Below are positions 1 to 8,338 of a stretch of 52,956 bases of DNA, piece after piece. Source of the stretch: Myxococcota bacterium (lineage in GTDB: Bacteria; Myxococcota; JACRCW01); the NCBI GenBank assembly GCA_040752415.1, contig JBFMGU010000042.1, positions 1 through 52,956 on the forward strand, given 5' to 3'. Below the pieces are notes generated by a model. That model searched no databases, was not told the DNA's origin, and was given only the letters and a program-made list of their open reading frames with translations. Position 1 is the first letter of the stretch, and the number at the start of each line of letters is the position of its first letter. Position numbers and translations under genes: made by a program.

Positions 1-116
1 GGGGGGCTCACGGGGTGCGGGGTGGGGTGCTCCACGCGGAATGACGCCGGCGTGACCTGCGGACGTCGCGGGGTGGAGGCCAGGAAGGAGGGTTGCTTGA
101 TGCTGGTGGTCGTCAT
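1..116 (-). CDS. 5' fragment of the gene following fliG (probably FliH by synteny); truncated by window edge
   Basis: ATG at 116, 3 nt after the fliG stop. Open frame to the edge (MTTTSIKQPSFLASTPRRPQVTPASFRVEH...). Identity rests only on the usual fliF-fliG-fliH order. Confidence 0.45.
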   Translation of the reverse strand, partial: MTTTSIKQPSFLASTPRRPQVTPASFRVEHPTPHPVSP

Positions 117-119
117 GGC

Positions 120-1145
120 TCACACCATCTTGTCCGCGGGGCCCACCACGGTGATGCGCCCGTTCTTGGCCTGGGCGGTGATGACCTTCACCAACGCCTC
201 CTGCGCCTTCTCCACGTCGGAGAGACGGACCGGGCCCATGGCCGCCAGGTCGTCCCGCAGCATCTGGGCCGCGCGCGTGGACATGTTGCGCAGGATCTTC
301 TCGGAGACCGCCGTGGAGCTTCCCTTGAGCGCCACCGAGAGGACACTGGCGTCAAACTCCTTGAGCAGCGTCTGCACGTCGCGGTCGGTGAGGTGCACGA
401 TGTCGTCGAAGGTGAACAGCTTGCTGCGCAGCTCACCGGCCAGCGCCGCATCCGCCTTCTCGATCTCGTCGACCACCGCGGTCTGCTTGGCGCTGGGACG
501 TCGGCGCAGGATCTCCAGCGCGGCGCTCCGTCCATCCACCTTGCGCAGGCCGCCGGCGCTGGTGGCGCGCAGCTCCCCGGCCAGGGCCTGACCCACCTCT
601 CGCAACAGCTCGGGGACCACACCTTCCACCGTGGCCATGCGCAGCATGATGGCGCTGTGCAGCTCCTCGGGAATGAGCTCCATGACGGCCACCGCGCGCT
701 CCGGCTCCAACGCGCTCAACACCAGCGCAATGGTCTGCGGATGCTCACGCGAGAGCACCATGGCCAGCGACTCCGGCTCCGCCTGCGCCACCGGTCCCAG
801 CATCTCGTCGGGCGGAACGGGAGGCGGCACGCCCTCGAACGCACGTCGCGCCACCTCCGGGCCCAACGCCTCCGCGGCCCACTGCTGCAGCAGGTCATCT
901 CCCACCGCGGCGTCGACGGAGATGGCGCCCATGGCGTCGACAAACGTCTTCAACGCGTCAGGCACGGCGCGCGGCGGCGCGGACCGGAGCTGTTTCGCCC
1001 CCAGGGCAATCCTGCGCACTTCACCTTCGGACAGGTGGCGGAACACGGACTGCGCCACGTCGCGACCCAGGCCCACGAGCACGGCGGCGGCGCGCAGCGT
1101 GTTGGGACCTGCGTGGTCCAGGGGTTCCTGACGTTCAGCGGACAT
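120..1145 (-). CDS. fliG: Flagellar motor switch protein FliG
   Basis: 341 aa. EHPQ motif (SREHPQTIALVL), Gly-Gly linker, LFTFDD motif, and torque helix NMSTRAAQMLRDDLAAMGPVRLSDVE with the charged residues retained. Confidence 0.95.
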   Translation of the reverse strand: MSAERQEPLDHAGPNTLRAAAVLVGLGRDVAQSVFRHLSEGEVRRIALGAKQLRSAPPRAVPDALKTFVDAMGAISVDAAVGDDLLQQWAAEALGPEVARRAFEGVPPPVPPDEMLGPVAQAEPESLAMVLSREHPQTIALVLSALEPERAVAVMELIPEELHSAIMLRMATVEGVVPELLREVGQALAGELRATSAGGLRKVDGRSAALEILRRRPSAKQTAVVDEIEKADAALAGELRSKLFTFDDIVHLTDRDVQTLLKEFDASVLSVALKGSSTAVSEKILRNMSTRAAQMLRDDLAAMGPVRLSDVEKAQEALVKVITAQAKNGRITVVGPADKMV

Positions 1146-2739
1146 GCACGGGCTCCTCGGTATTGCGGTCGGCGTTCAGCCACGCGCGCAGCAGCAACGC
1201 GGCACGTTGGGGATTGGTGCGGGCCAGCTCCTGCGCCTTGGCCAGCAGGATGGCTTCCGGGTCGGGGAGCGCGGGCGTCTCCGCGGGGGCGGACGGTGCG
1301 GCAACCGCGGCGGGCGCGGCGTTGGCCGTCTCCACGTCGGAAACCGCGAGCTCGATTTCGGCCACGCGCTTGCCGGGCTCCAACAGCGCCAGCGGCATCT
1401 CCTGGCGACGACGACGCTGCCGGCTCCGCGCATACACGAAGAGCAGCACCAGCATGGCCAACGCACCCACCGCCGCCGCGGCTGCGCCCAGCGCCCAGCT
1501 CGGCAACACGGGGGCTTCCGCCGTCGGTGGCGCGGCCTCCGCGAACTCACCCACCTGCAGCTCCAACGCGTCGCCACGCGCGGCGTCGAAGCCCACGGCT
1601 CGTCGGGCCAGGTCCGCCAGGCGCGCCACCTCCGCGGGCGGCAACGTGCGGCCTCCCACGTTCACCACCACCGCGGCGGACAGGCGCGTCACGCGCGGCA
1701 CCAGCTTCCGCGTCACCGTGGTGGTGCGGCTGATCTCGTAGTTGCGCGTCTCCTCGGCGTGCGAGCTGTTGCCCGCGCTCCCGCCCGAGGGCGCTGCCGC
1801 GGTCTGGGGTTGGTTCGCCACGGCGCCGGCCATTCCCCGCGCGGTCGCGGTGCTGTTGCTGCTGGTGTCGTTGACGGTGCGCTCGCTGCGCAGCACCGCG
1901 GTCTCGGGGTCGTACAGCTCCGCGGTGGAGTCGGTGCGTGTGTGATCCACCTCCGCGGTCACGCGCGCGGTGACTCCGCCCACGCCCACCAGCGGCTCCA
2001 ACACCCCAAGGATCCGACGCTCCAGGTCGCGCTCGGTGGTGCGCTGGAAGGCCTGCGCCTCGTCGGTGGTGTCGTCGGAGCCGGCCAGCACCGCGCCGCT
2101 GCCGTCCATGACACTCACGGCGGCCACCGTCAGACCGGGGACGGCGGAGGAGACCAGGTGCCGTATGCCCGCCAGCTCCCGACGGGAGAGCGTGCTTCCC
2201 GGGCGCAGCGCCACCACCACGGCCGCGGTGGCCTCCCGGTCATCCTCACGACGCAGCGCGGTCTCCGCCAGCGTCACGTGCACGCGCGCGTTGCGGATGT
2301 TGGCCAGGCTGGAGATGGTCCGCGCCAGCTCGCCTTCAATGGCGCGACGGAGATTCACCTTCTGCGTGAACTGGGAGACGCCCAGGTCGCCTTTGTCAAA
2401 CAGCTCGAAGCCCACGTGACCGCCGCGCGGGATGCCGCTGGCGGCCAGGAGCAGGCGCGCATCGTGGACCCGGGGTGAGGGGACGGACACAGCCGCGCCA
2501 CCTGCTTCCAGCCGGTGCGGGATGCCCGCTGCCTTCAGCGCCGCGGTGGCTTCCGCGCTGTCCTCGGCGGAGAGGTTGGTGAACACGTAGGCATACGCGT
2601 CGGCGTTGTGCCCCACCGCCACCACCGCGCCGGCCACCGCCGCCAGGATGGCCACGCCGGCAACCAGCATGCGCGTGCGCGCGGACGCCGCGTTCAGCTT
2701 CTCCTGCAGGTTCTTGACGGTCTTGACCAGCGGCTCCAT
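1135..2739 (-). CDS. fliF: Flagellar M-ring protein FliF
   Basis: 534 aa. N-terminal TM, GFELFDKGDLGVSQFTQKVNLRRAIEGELARTI, ARVHV, EETRNYEIS, AVGFDAARGD, second TM, C-terminal LLRAWL. Overlaps the fliG start by 11 nt. Confidence 0.95.
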   Translation of the reverse strand: MEPLVKTVKNLQEKLNAASARTRMLVAGVAILAAVAGAVVAVGHNADAYAYVFTNLSAEDSAEATAALKAAGIPHRLEAGGAAVSVPSPRVHDARLLLAASGIPRGGHVGFELFDKGDLGVSQFTQKVNLRRAIEGELARTISSLANIRNARVHVTLAETALRREDDREATAAVVVALRPGSTLSRRELAGIRHLVSSAVPGLTVAAVSVMDGSGAVLAGSDDTTDEAQAFQRTTERDLERRILGVLEPLVGVGGVTARVTAEVDHTRTDSTAELYDPETAVLRSERTVNDTSSNSTATARGMAGAVANQPQTAAAPSGGSAGNSSHAEETRNYEISRTTTVTRKLVPRVTRLSAAVVVNVGGRTLPPAEVARLADLARRAVGFDAARGDALELQVGEFAEAAPPTAEAPVLPSWALGAAAAAVGALAMLVLLFVYARSRQRRRRQEMPLALLEPGKRVAEIELAVSDVETANAAPAAVAAPSAPAETPALPDPEAILLAKAQELARTNPQRAALLLRAWLNADRNTEEPVHVR

Positions 2740-2762
2740 GGCCCGCGCTCCATCTCACGTCG

Positions 2763-3053
2763 TCAGACGTTCATCCGCATGACGTCCTGGTACGCTTCCA
2801 CCACCTTGTTGCGGACCTTGACCGCCACGCGCATGGTGATGTCCGCCTTCTCCAGCGCCAGCGCCACCTCGTGCAGGTTGCCGCCCCCCGTCGCCAACTT
2901 CGTGGCCTGGGCGTCGGCGGACTGTTGCGCGCGCTCCACGTTGTCCACCGCCTTCTCCAGCGCGGAGGTGAACTCCGGTCCGTTGACGAGGGGCTTGCGC
3001 GCCGGCTCGACCAGCGGCGGTGCCCCGTCCGTCAATCCCGCAATCGGTCTCAT
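2763..3053 (-). CDS. fliE: Flagellar hook-basal body protein FliE
   Basis: 96 aa. C-terminus LHEVALALEKADITMRVAVKVRNKVVEAYQDVMRMNV is the FliE signature; lies between flgC and fliF. Confidence 0.92.
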   Translation of the reverse strand: MRPIAGLTDGAPPLVEPARKPLVNGPEFTSALEKAVDNVERAQQSADAQATKLATGGGNLHEVALALEKADITMRVAVKVRNKVVEAYQDVMRMNV

Positions 3054-3071
3054 CGCCCACCTCCTCCGCGC

Positions 3072-3488
3072 TCAGCGGAAGATCTCCAGCGCGCGCTGCG
3101 CCATGGCCTTCAGCGTCTCGAACGACGTGGCGTTCGCCTCGTAGCCGCGGGACGCGCTCATCAGGTTCACCATCTCGTGGACCGGGTCGACGTTGGGGTA
3201 GGTCACGAAGCCCTGCGCGTCGGCGTCGGGATGGCCCGGCTGGTAGACGCGCTTGCCCGGCGTGGGGTCCTGCACCACCTCCGCCACGCGCACCGCCGGC
3301 GTCTCCGCACCCGCCAGCGCATCCTCGAACGTGACCGCCTCCAGCACCGGGTCGCGTCGACGGTACGGCTGTCCGTCGGGGCCGCGCGTGGACTCCGCAT
3401 TGGCGAGATTGCCGGTGGCAATGTCCACCCGCTCCCGCTGGGCCGCCAACCCGGAGGCACTGACCCGGAACGCAGCAAAGAAATCCAT
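3072..3488 (-). CDS. flgC: Flagellar basal-body rod protein FlgC
   Basis: SASGLAAQRERVDIATGNLANAEST, PYRRR, YQPGHPDAD..GFVTYPNVDPVHEMVNLMSASRGYEAN. Shine-Dalgarno AAGGAG upstream. Confidence 0.96.
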   Translation of the reverse strand: MDFFAAFRVSASGLAAQRERVDIATGNLANAESTRGPDGQPYRRRDPVLEAVTFEDALAGAETPAVRVAEVVQDPTPGKRVYQPGHPDADAQGFVTYPNVDPVHEMVNLMSASRGYEANATSFETLKAMAQRALEIFR

Positions 3489-3501
3489 GGTGCTTCTCCT
3501 T

Positions 3502-3903
3502 TCAGCCGTTACCGTCGCTGGCGACGTAACGGAGGATGGCCAGCTTGCGGGAGACCGTGCGCGCCGCGGCGGAGTACTGCATGGCGTTCTCGGCCAACGT
3601 GGCCATCACCCGGTCCACGTCCACCGCGTTGCCGTCCAGGCGCCGCGCGCCCGGCACTTCTTCCGTCGTCACCGCCGGCCGGGAGCCGCTGCTTCCCTCG
3701 GCGCCGAGGTGCGCGCCCTGCGTGGCGTCCAGGCCCAGCCCACCCGCCGCCGCGGTCTGCACCTGGGTCGTCACATTGACGTCGCGCGGAGTGAATCCCG
3801 GCGTGTCCACGTTGGCCACGTTGTGCGCGAGCACGCCCTGGCGCGTGAGCCGGACATCCAGCGCGCGCTCCAGCGTGGCAGTGGTGGCGTCAAAGAGTCT
3901 CAT
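3502..3903 (-). CDS. flgB: Flagellar basal-body rod protein FlgB
   Basis: MRLFD..LERALDVRLTRQGVLAHNVANVDTPGF, DGNAVDVDRVM..LAENAMQY. Start moved from 3927 to the ATG at 3903 because the 3927 ATG lies inside the sigma54 promoter. Confidence 0.93.
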   Translation of the reverse strand: MRLFDATTATLERALDVRLTRQGVLAHNVANVDTPGFTPRDVNVTTQVQTAAAGGLGLDATQGAHLGAEGSSGSRPAVTTEEVPGARRLDGNAVDVDRVMATLAENAMQYSAAARTVSRKLAILRYVASDGNG

Positions 3904-3915
3904 GCCTGCTGCTCT

Positions 3916-3931
3916 TGCGAGGACCATGCCC
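3916..3931 (-). promoter_or_regulatory. Sigma54 (-24/-12) promoter of the flgB operon
   Basis: Minus strand gGGCATGgtccTCGCa has exact GG-N10-GC spacing. Located directly upstream of flgB, with a sigma54 activator gene nearby. Confidence 0.6.
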
Positions 3932-3969
3932 GCGTGTGAACGACCCGTTCCCGAACGGAAATGCGCGCC

Positions 3970-4384
3970 GCTCTCCTGGGACGACGCCCTTCGCTCCCTG
4001 CCAATGAGATTGGGTGCGGCTCTCTTGAAACGACGGTCGGCGTCACCGGCGGCTCAAGCCGCATGCTGGAAAGGCACCAAGCCTGGCCTCGTGGCACACC
4101 TGCCGCGCTGGACCGCGCCAGGCTCTGCCTCGGCGGCCACAAGAAGCCAGGCTTGAGGTTGCGACGTTGTTTCTCGAGCCTTGCGACAACCTGGATTCTG
4201 CGAACCACGCTCCCCATGCCGCCAACGCAGAGCCTGGCGCGGCCACGTGGGCCAACGGGCTGCGAGGCCAGGCTTGGTGCCTTTCCAGCACGCGGCTTGA
4301 GCCGCCGGTGACGTCGACCGTCGTTTCAAAAGAGCCGCGCCCAATCTCATTGGCAGGGAGCGAAGGGCGTCGTCCCAGGAGAGC
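3970..4384. repeat. REPIN/MITE-like foldback element, family A
   Basis: 122-bp inverted arms 3970-4091 and 4263-4384 with 4 mismatches, plus an inner inverted pair GCGCCAGGCTCTGC/GCAGAGCCTGGCGC. Arms contain TCCCTGCCAATGAGATTGG, shared with the element at 21.6-21.9 kb. Confidence 0.9.
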
Positions 4385-4495
4385 CGCGCCCAACAGAAAC
4401 CCCCTGGCCACGTCTTTCCTTGGGACCGTGCGCCGGTTTCGTGACGCGCCACGCGGCCTGACCGCCAAGTCTCCGACACCGCGCCAACTCATGCG

Positions 4496-5833
4496 TCACG
4501 GTGCTGGCACAACCGTCTGGGCGCGCGCACGCGCCACCAACGCGCGAGCAATGTCGACGTCGCTGTCCGCGGGAGCCGTGGCCTCGCTCGCGGTCGCGTT
4601 CACGTCGGCCCGTTCCCGACGACCGCGCGCAATCTCCCACGTCACCTTGCGCCAGGGTCCCCGGGCCAACGCCTTGGGCGAGACCCGGGAGCGCGCGTAG
4701 TCCACCACCGCCTGCGCGCGTCCGGTGTCTCCGCTCCTCAGGTAGAGCTGCGCGGTGCGGAGCAGGTGCTCGTCCAGGCGCCGGGCCGGGGCGCGCACGC
4801 TGGTGGCGGCCAGGATGGTGGCGGCGGCGGCGGGTGCCTCCAGGGTCTCCGCCACGTCGGCGGCTTCCCACGCCAGCTCCCAGGCCAGCGGCCCCTGCGC
4901 GGGTTCACGGAAGGAGGCGTAGAGCGCCAGGGCAATGTGCGCGTCGTCGGGCGTGGCCTCCCGCAGCGCCGCCAGCGTGATGCACTGGCACAACGCGCGC
5001 GCGGCCCCGCAGGTGGCGGCCTCACCGCGCTCGGAGATGGCGTCCAGCAGGACCTCCGCGCCCTGTGCCGGTGAGCGCTGGAACGCCAACACGCGTGCGC
5101 GGCGCAGCACCATCTCACTGGCCGCGGGCTCCTCCAGGCCGTCCGACGAGAACGTGGTGTCGAGCGCGCGGGTGAGGCACTCGCCGGTGAGCTCACACAC
5201 CCGCGCCGCGGCCAGACGTCCCAGCGCGCCCAGGCCACCCACCTCGCGGTACCAGGCCACCGCCAGCGCCGGGGCGCCCTCCTCCAGCGCCACGTCACCC
5301 AGCCGCAGCGCCGCGTAGCCGGAAGCGCCACCGCCCAGCAGTGCCTGCAGACGCGCCGTCACCGGCTTGCGCGCGTGCAACGCTTCCTCGACCCGGTCGA
5401 TGTCGCCGGCCATCTCGTCGGGAAGGCCCACCAGGGTTGCGGGGTAGCGCGTGCGCGGCACCGTGGTGGGCCCACCGGTGGGAATTCCCCGGAGCTGGCG
5501 CACTTCCAGCCAGGCACCCCGACGGTCCCGCGCCACCACCGCCTGCAGGTTCCGCGCGGCGCAGCGCAGGCGCAGCCGCTCACCTTCACGGGGAAGCAGG
5601 GTGCACAGGCTGGCGCCGGTGAGCTGGCGACGGAGCTCCGCCTCGGCACGCGCGGCGCCCCGCAACACGATCTCTCCCGTGAGCGGCTCCACCTCCGCCG
5701 TCACGTGCGCGGACCGGCCCAACCGGATCCGCTCGACGTTGATGGTGGTCTGCACCAGGTTGTTGGGGAGCGCGGAGGCGTCCTGCGGCCACGGCACCGC
5801 GCAGAGCGCCACGGACAGCAGCCACGCCGGCAT
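4496..5833 (-). CDS. Secreted hypothetical protein with Ala-rich helical (TPR-like) C-terminal region
   Basis: Likely start ATG 5833, 4 nt after the activator stop. Signal-peptide-like MPAWLLSVALCAVPWPQDASA; helical segments such as YAALRLGDVALEEG..ALAVAWYREV and LLRTAQLYLRSGDTGRAQAVVDY. Confidence 0.65.
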   Translation of the reverse strand: MPAWLLSVALCAVPWPQDASALPNNLVQTTINVERIRLGRSAHVTAEVEPLTGEIVLRGAARAEAELRRQLTGASLCTLLPREGERLRLRCAARNLQAVVARDRRGAWLEVRQLRGIPTGGPTTVPRTRYPATLVGLPDEMAGDIDRVEEALHARKPVTARLQALLGGGASGYAALRLGDVALEEGAPALAVAWYREVGGLGALGRLAAARVCELTGECLTRALDTTFSSDGLEEPAASEMVLRRARVLAFQRSPAQGAEVLLDAISERGEAATCGAARALCQCITLAALREATPDDAHIALALYASFREPAQGPLAWELAWEAADVAETLEAPAAAATILAATSVRAPARRLDEHLLRTAQLYLRSGDTGRAQAVVDYARSRVSPKALARGPWRKVTWEIARGRRERADVNATASEATAPADSDVDIARALVARARAQTVVPAP

Positions 5834-5837
5834 GACG

Positions 5838-6992
5838 TCACACCTCCGGGACGGGCTCACCCGCGGGAGCCGCGCACGCGGTCTCGTTGCCACGCATCCG
5901 GCGCCGCAGCTTCTCCGCCAACGTGGTCCGCTGCAGACCCAGCAGCGCCGCGGCCGCCTTCTTGTTGCCGCCGGACGTCGCCAGCGCGCGACCAATCAGC
6001 TGCTCCTCGATGCGGTCCAGCATGCCGGGCATGTCCAGCGGGATGGGCAGCGCCTCCAGGAGCGTGCGCAGCAGCTGCTCCACGTCCGCCGGGCCCGCGG
6101 GCTCCGCCACCGGAGTGGACGAGGTGGGAGCCGGCACGGCACGCGGACGATTGATGCCGGGGAAGGCCACCACGCGCGCTTGCGGTGCCGTCTCCGACGA
6201 CGTGGAAGCGGTGGCGCACAGGTGCGCGGGCAGGTCCGCCACGCGGATGACCGGACCGTCGGTGCACACCGAGATGCGCTCCACCACGTTCTCCAGCTCC
6301 CGCACGTTGCCCGGCCACGCGTAGTACTCCAGCGCCGCCATCGCCTCCGGTTCCACCGCCCGCGTCTCACCACGCTGCGCCCAGAAGTGCTCGAAGAGGA
6401 TGCGGATGTCGCCGTCACGCTCGCGCAGCGCGGGGGACTCGATGGGGCACACGAAGAGGCGGAAGTAGAGGTCCCGACGGAAACGTCCCGCCTCCACGTC
6501 CTTGGCCAGGTCACGGTTGGTGGCCGCCACCAGGCGGAAGTTGGCCGGGCGCGACTCCGCCGAGCCCACCGGCTCATAGGTGCGCTCCTGCAACACGCGC
6601 AGCAGCTTCACCTGGAGACTCAGCGGCAGGTCGCCAATCTCGTCCAGGAACAGCGTCCCGCCCTCCGCGGCGGCAATCCGACCCTTGCGCGCGTGCGTGG
6701 CGCCCGTGAACGCGCCCTTCTCATGCCCAAAGAACTCGCTCTCCAGCAGCGCCTCCGGGATGGCCCCGCAGTTCACCGGGACAAACGGCTTGTTCGCACG
6801 CGGGCTCATGGCGTGGATGAAGCGGGCCAACACGTCCTTGCCCGTCCCCGTCTCGCCCGTCAGGAGGACCGTGGACTCGCTGCGGGCAATCCGCCGGCAC
6901 GCATCCACCACGCGCACCATGGGCGAGTGCGGCCCATGCACCAGCACCGGAATCACCCCGCCCGCCCGAGTCTGTAGCGCCGTCACCGTCAT
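5838..6992 (-). CDS. Sigma54-dependent transcriptional activator (bEBP) lacking an N-terminal regulatory domain; FleQ/FlrA-like role inferred
   Basis: Walker A GETGTGKD, GAFTGA loop, LFLDEIGD, WPGNVRELEN, Fis-type HTH GGNKKAAAALLGLQRTTLAEKLRR. The AAA+ domain starts about 15 aa from the N-terminus. Confidence 0.93.
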   Translation of the reverse strand: MTVTALQTRAGGVIPVLVHGPHSPMVRVVDACRRIARSESTVLLTGETGTGKDVLARFIHAMSPRANKPFVPVNCGAIPEALLESEFFGHEKGAFTGATHARKGRIAAAEGGTLFLDEIGDLPLSLQVKLLRVLQERTYEPVGSAESRPANFRLVAATNRDLAKDVEAGRFRRDLYFRLFVCPIESPALRERDGDIRILFEHFWAQRGETRAVEPEAMAALEYYAWPGNVRELENVVERISVCTDGPVIRVADLPAHLCATASTSSETAPQARVVAFPGINRPRAVPAPTSSTPVAEPAGPADVEQLLRTLLEALPIPLDMPGMLDRIEEQLIGRALATSGGNKKAAAALLGLQRTTLAEKLRRRMRGNETACAAPAGEPVPEV

Positions 6993-7025
6993 ACCGACCT
7001 CCGCTCCCGTTCCCGAGTGCTCCTG

Positions 7026-7053
7026 AGATCGGCCAACCCATCGGTGAACTTGA
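7026..7053 (-). promoter_or_regulatory. Possible sigma28 (FliA-type) promoter upstream of the bEBP gene
   Basis: Minus strand TCAAgttcaccgatgggttgGCCGATct, i.e. TCAA-N16-GCCGAT versus consensus TAAA-N15/16-GCCGATAA. Confidence 0.35.
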
Positions 7054-7112
7054 GCCGGGATTCAGATCCGGTGCCGGATGCAGAGCCTGCGCGCTCCCGC
7101 CTGGGCTCACGC

Positions 7113-8252
7113 CTACACGTTGATGCCAGCCATCTGCAGGTTCCGCCGGAGGTCGTTGGGGGATGAGGCCTGGTTGAGGGCCACGTCCCCCGCCACCAGC
7201 CCCTCCCGCACCAGGGTCAGCAGGGCCTGGTCAAAGGTGTGCATGTGCTGCTCCGGAGAGCGCTCCAGCACGGTGGGGATGCCGGCGGTGCGGGCCGGGT
7301 CGCGGATGGCTTCCTTGACCGCGTAGTTGTTGATGAGCACCTCCGTGCCCAGCACGCGACCGCGCGTTCCCCGCCGCGGCAACAGGCGCTGACACAACAC
7401 CCCGCGCAGCACCTCCGCCAGGCGCGCCCGGGCCATGGCCTGCTCGTCGGTGGGGAACATGCCCACCAGGCGCTGCACCGTCTTCACCGCGGTGCCGGTG
7501 TGGAAGCTGGCAAAGACGCTGTGTCCCGTCTCCGCGGCCTGCAGCGCCACCTGCATTCCCTCCAGGTCGCGGATCTCACCAATGAAGAGCACATCCGGGT
7601 CCTCGCGCAGCGCGGAGCGCAGGGCGTCGGTGAAGGTGGCCACGTCGCGGCCCACCTCACGCTGGCTCACGCACGAGTTCCCGTCGGAGAGGCGGTACTC
7701 CACCGGGTCCTCCACGGTGAGGATGTGCAGGGTCTCATTGGTGGCCATGTGGTTGAGCATGGCCGCCAGGGTGGTGCTCTTGCCGCTGCCGGTGGGGCCG
7801 GCCACCAGCGTCAGACCCGGAGCGTGGACCGCCAGCGCCTTCACCACCGGCGGCAGGCGCAGGTCCGCAAAGGTGGGCACCTGCCAGGGCACCACGCGGA
7901 AGGTCACCGCCCACGACGCAGCTTGTCGGAACGCGTGGCCCCGGAACCGCGCCAGGCCGGCCATGTCATAGGAGTACTCCAGGTCGTGACCGCTGGAACG
8001 GGCCCAGGACTCCCCCGCGGTGAGACGGATGATGGCCTCGACCTGGTCGGCGGTCAGCGGCTCACCACTGGTGGGACAGATCCGCCCATCCACACGCACG
8101 AACGGCCGCGCACCTGACCGGAGATGCAGGTCGGACGCGCGGATCGACACCGTGGCATTCAGGAGCTGGGCGAGCAGGTCCATGGTGACAGCCGACGGAA
8201 GGGGGGTAGCGATGGCGCTCACGCCGATCTCTTCGGCTCGACTTCGTCCCAT
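7113..8252 (-). CDS. PilT/PilU-family type IV pilus retraction ATPase paralogue (true start may be downstream, e.g. ATG 8183)
   Basis: ASDLHL, Walker A GPTGSGKSTT, TVEDPVE, QREVG, ALREDPDV..IGEIRD, AAETGH, and the AIRNLIRE-like AVKEAIRD. Confidence 0.9.
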   Translation of the reverse strand: MGRSRAEEIGVSAIATPLPSAVTMDLLAQLLNATVSIRASDLHLRSGARPFVRVDGRICPTSGEPLTADQVEAIIRLTAGESWARSSGHDLEYSYDMAGLARFRGHAFRQAASWAVTFRVVPWQVPTFADLRLPPVVKALAVHAPGLTLVAGPTGSGKSTTLAAMLNHMATNETLHILTVEDPVEYRLSDGNSCVSQREVGRDVATFTDALRSALREDPDVLFIGEIRDLEGMQVALQAAETGHSVFASFHTGTAVKTVQRLVGMFPTDEQAMARARLAEVLRGVLCQRLLPRRGTRGRVLGTEVLINNYAVKEAIRDPARTAGIPTVLERSPEQHMHTFDQALLTLVREGLVAGDVALNQASSPNDLRRNLQMAGINV

Positions 8253-8289
8253 GATAAGCGCGCCCTATCCTCCGGTGTGCCGCAAACCA

Positions 8290-8305
8290 TGGCCTCCATG
8301 TTGCT
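8290..8305 (+). promoter_or_regulatory. Sigma54 (-24/-12) promoter of the histidine kinase gene
   Basis: TGGCCTCcatgTTGCT has exact GG-N10-GC spacing. It is followed by AAGGAG and the ATG at 8339. Confidence 0.6.
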
Positions 8306-8338
8306 ACGCGTTCCCCAACAAGGAGACGCGAGGCCAAC

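Noticed and set aside
120..3903. Interpretation as an injectisome (non-flagellar T3SS)
   Set aside because: FlgB, FlgC, FliE, a full two-TM FliF and a torque-type FliG are flagellum-specific.
4458..4480. Possible FleQ-box-like activator site upstream of the repeat
   Set aside because: Only loose resemblance to GTCA-N6-TGAC; expected by chance.
3900..4492. Several short ORFs with near-identical peptides on opposite strands
   Set aside because: Artefact of the 122-bp inverted repeat, not a gene pair.
7061..7076. Sigma54 promoter upstream of the activator (CGGCACcggatCTGAA, minus strand)
   Set aside because: The -12 element is GA rather than GC; too weak to list as a feature and mentioned only as context.
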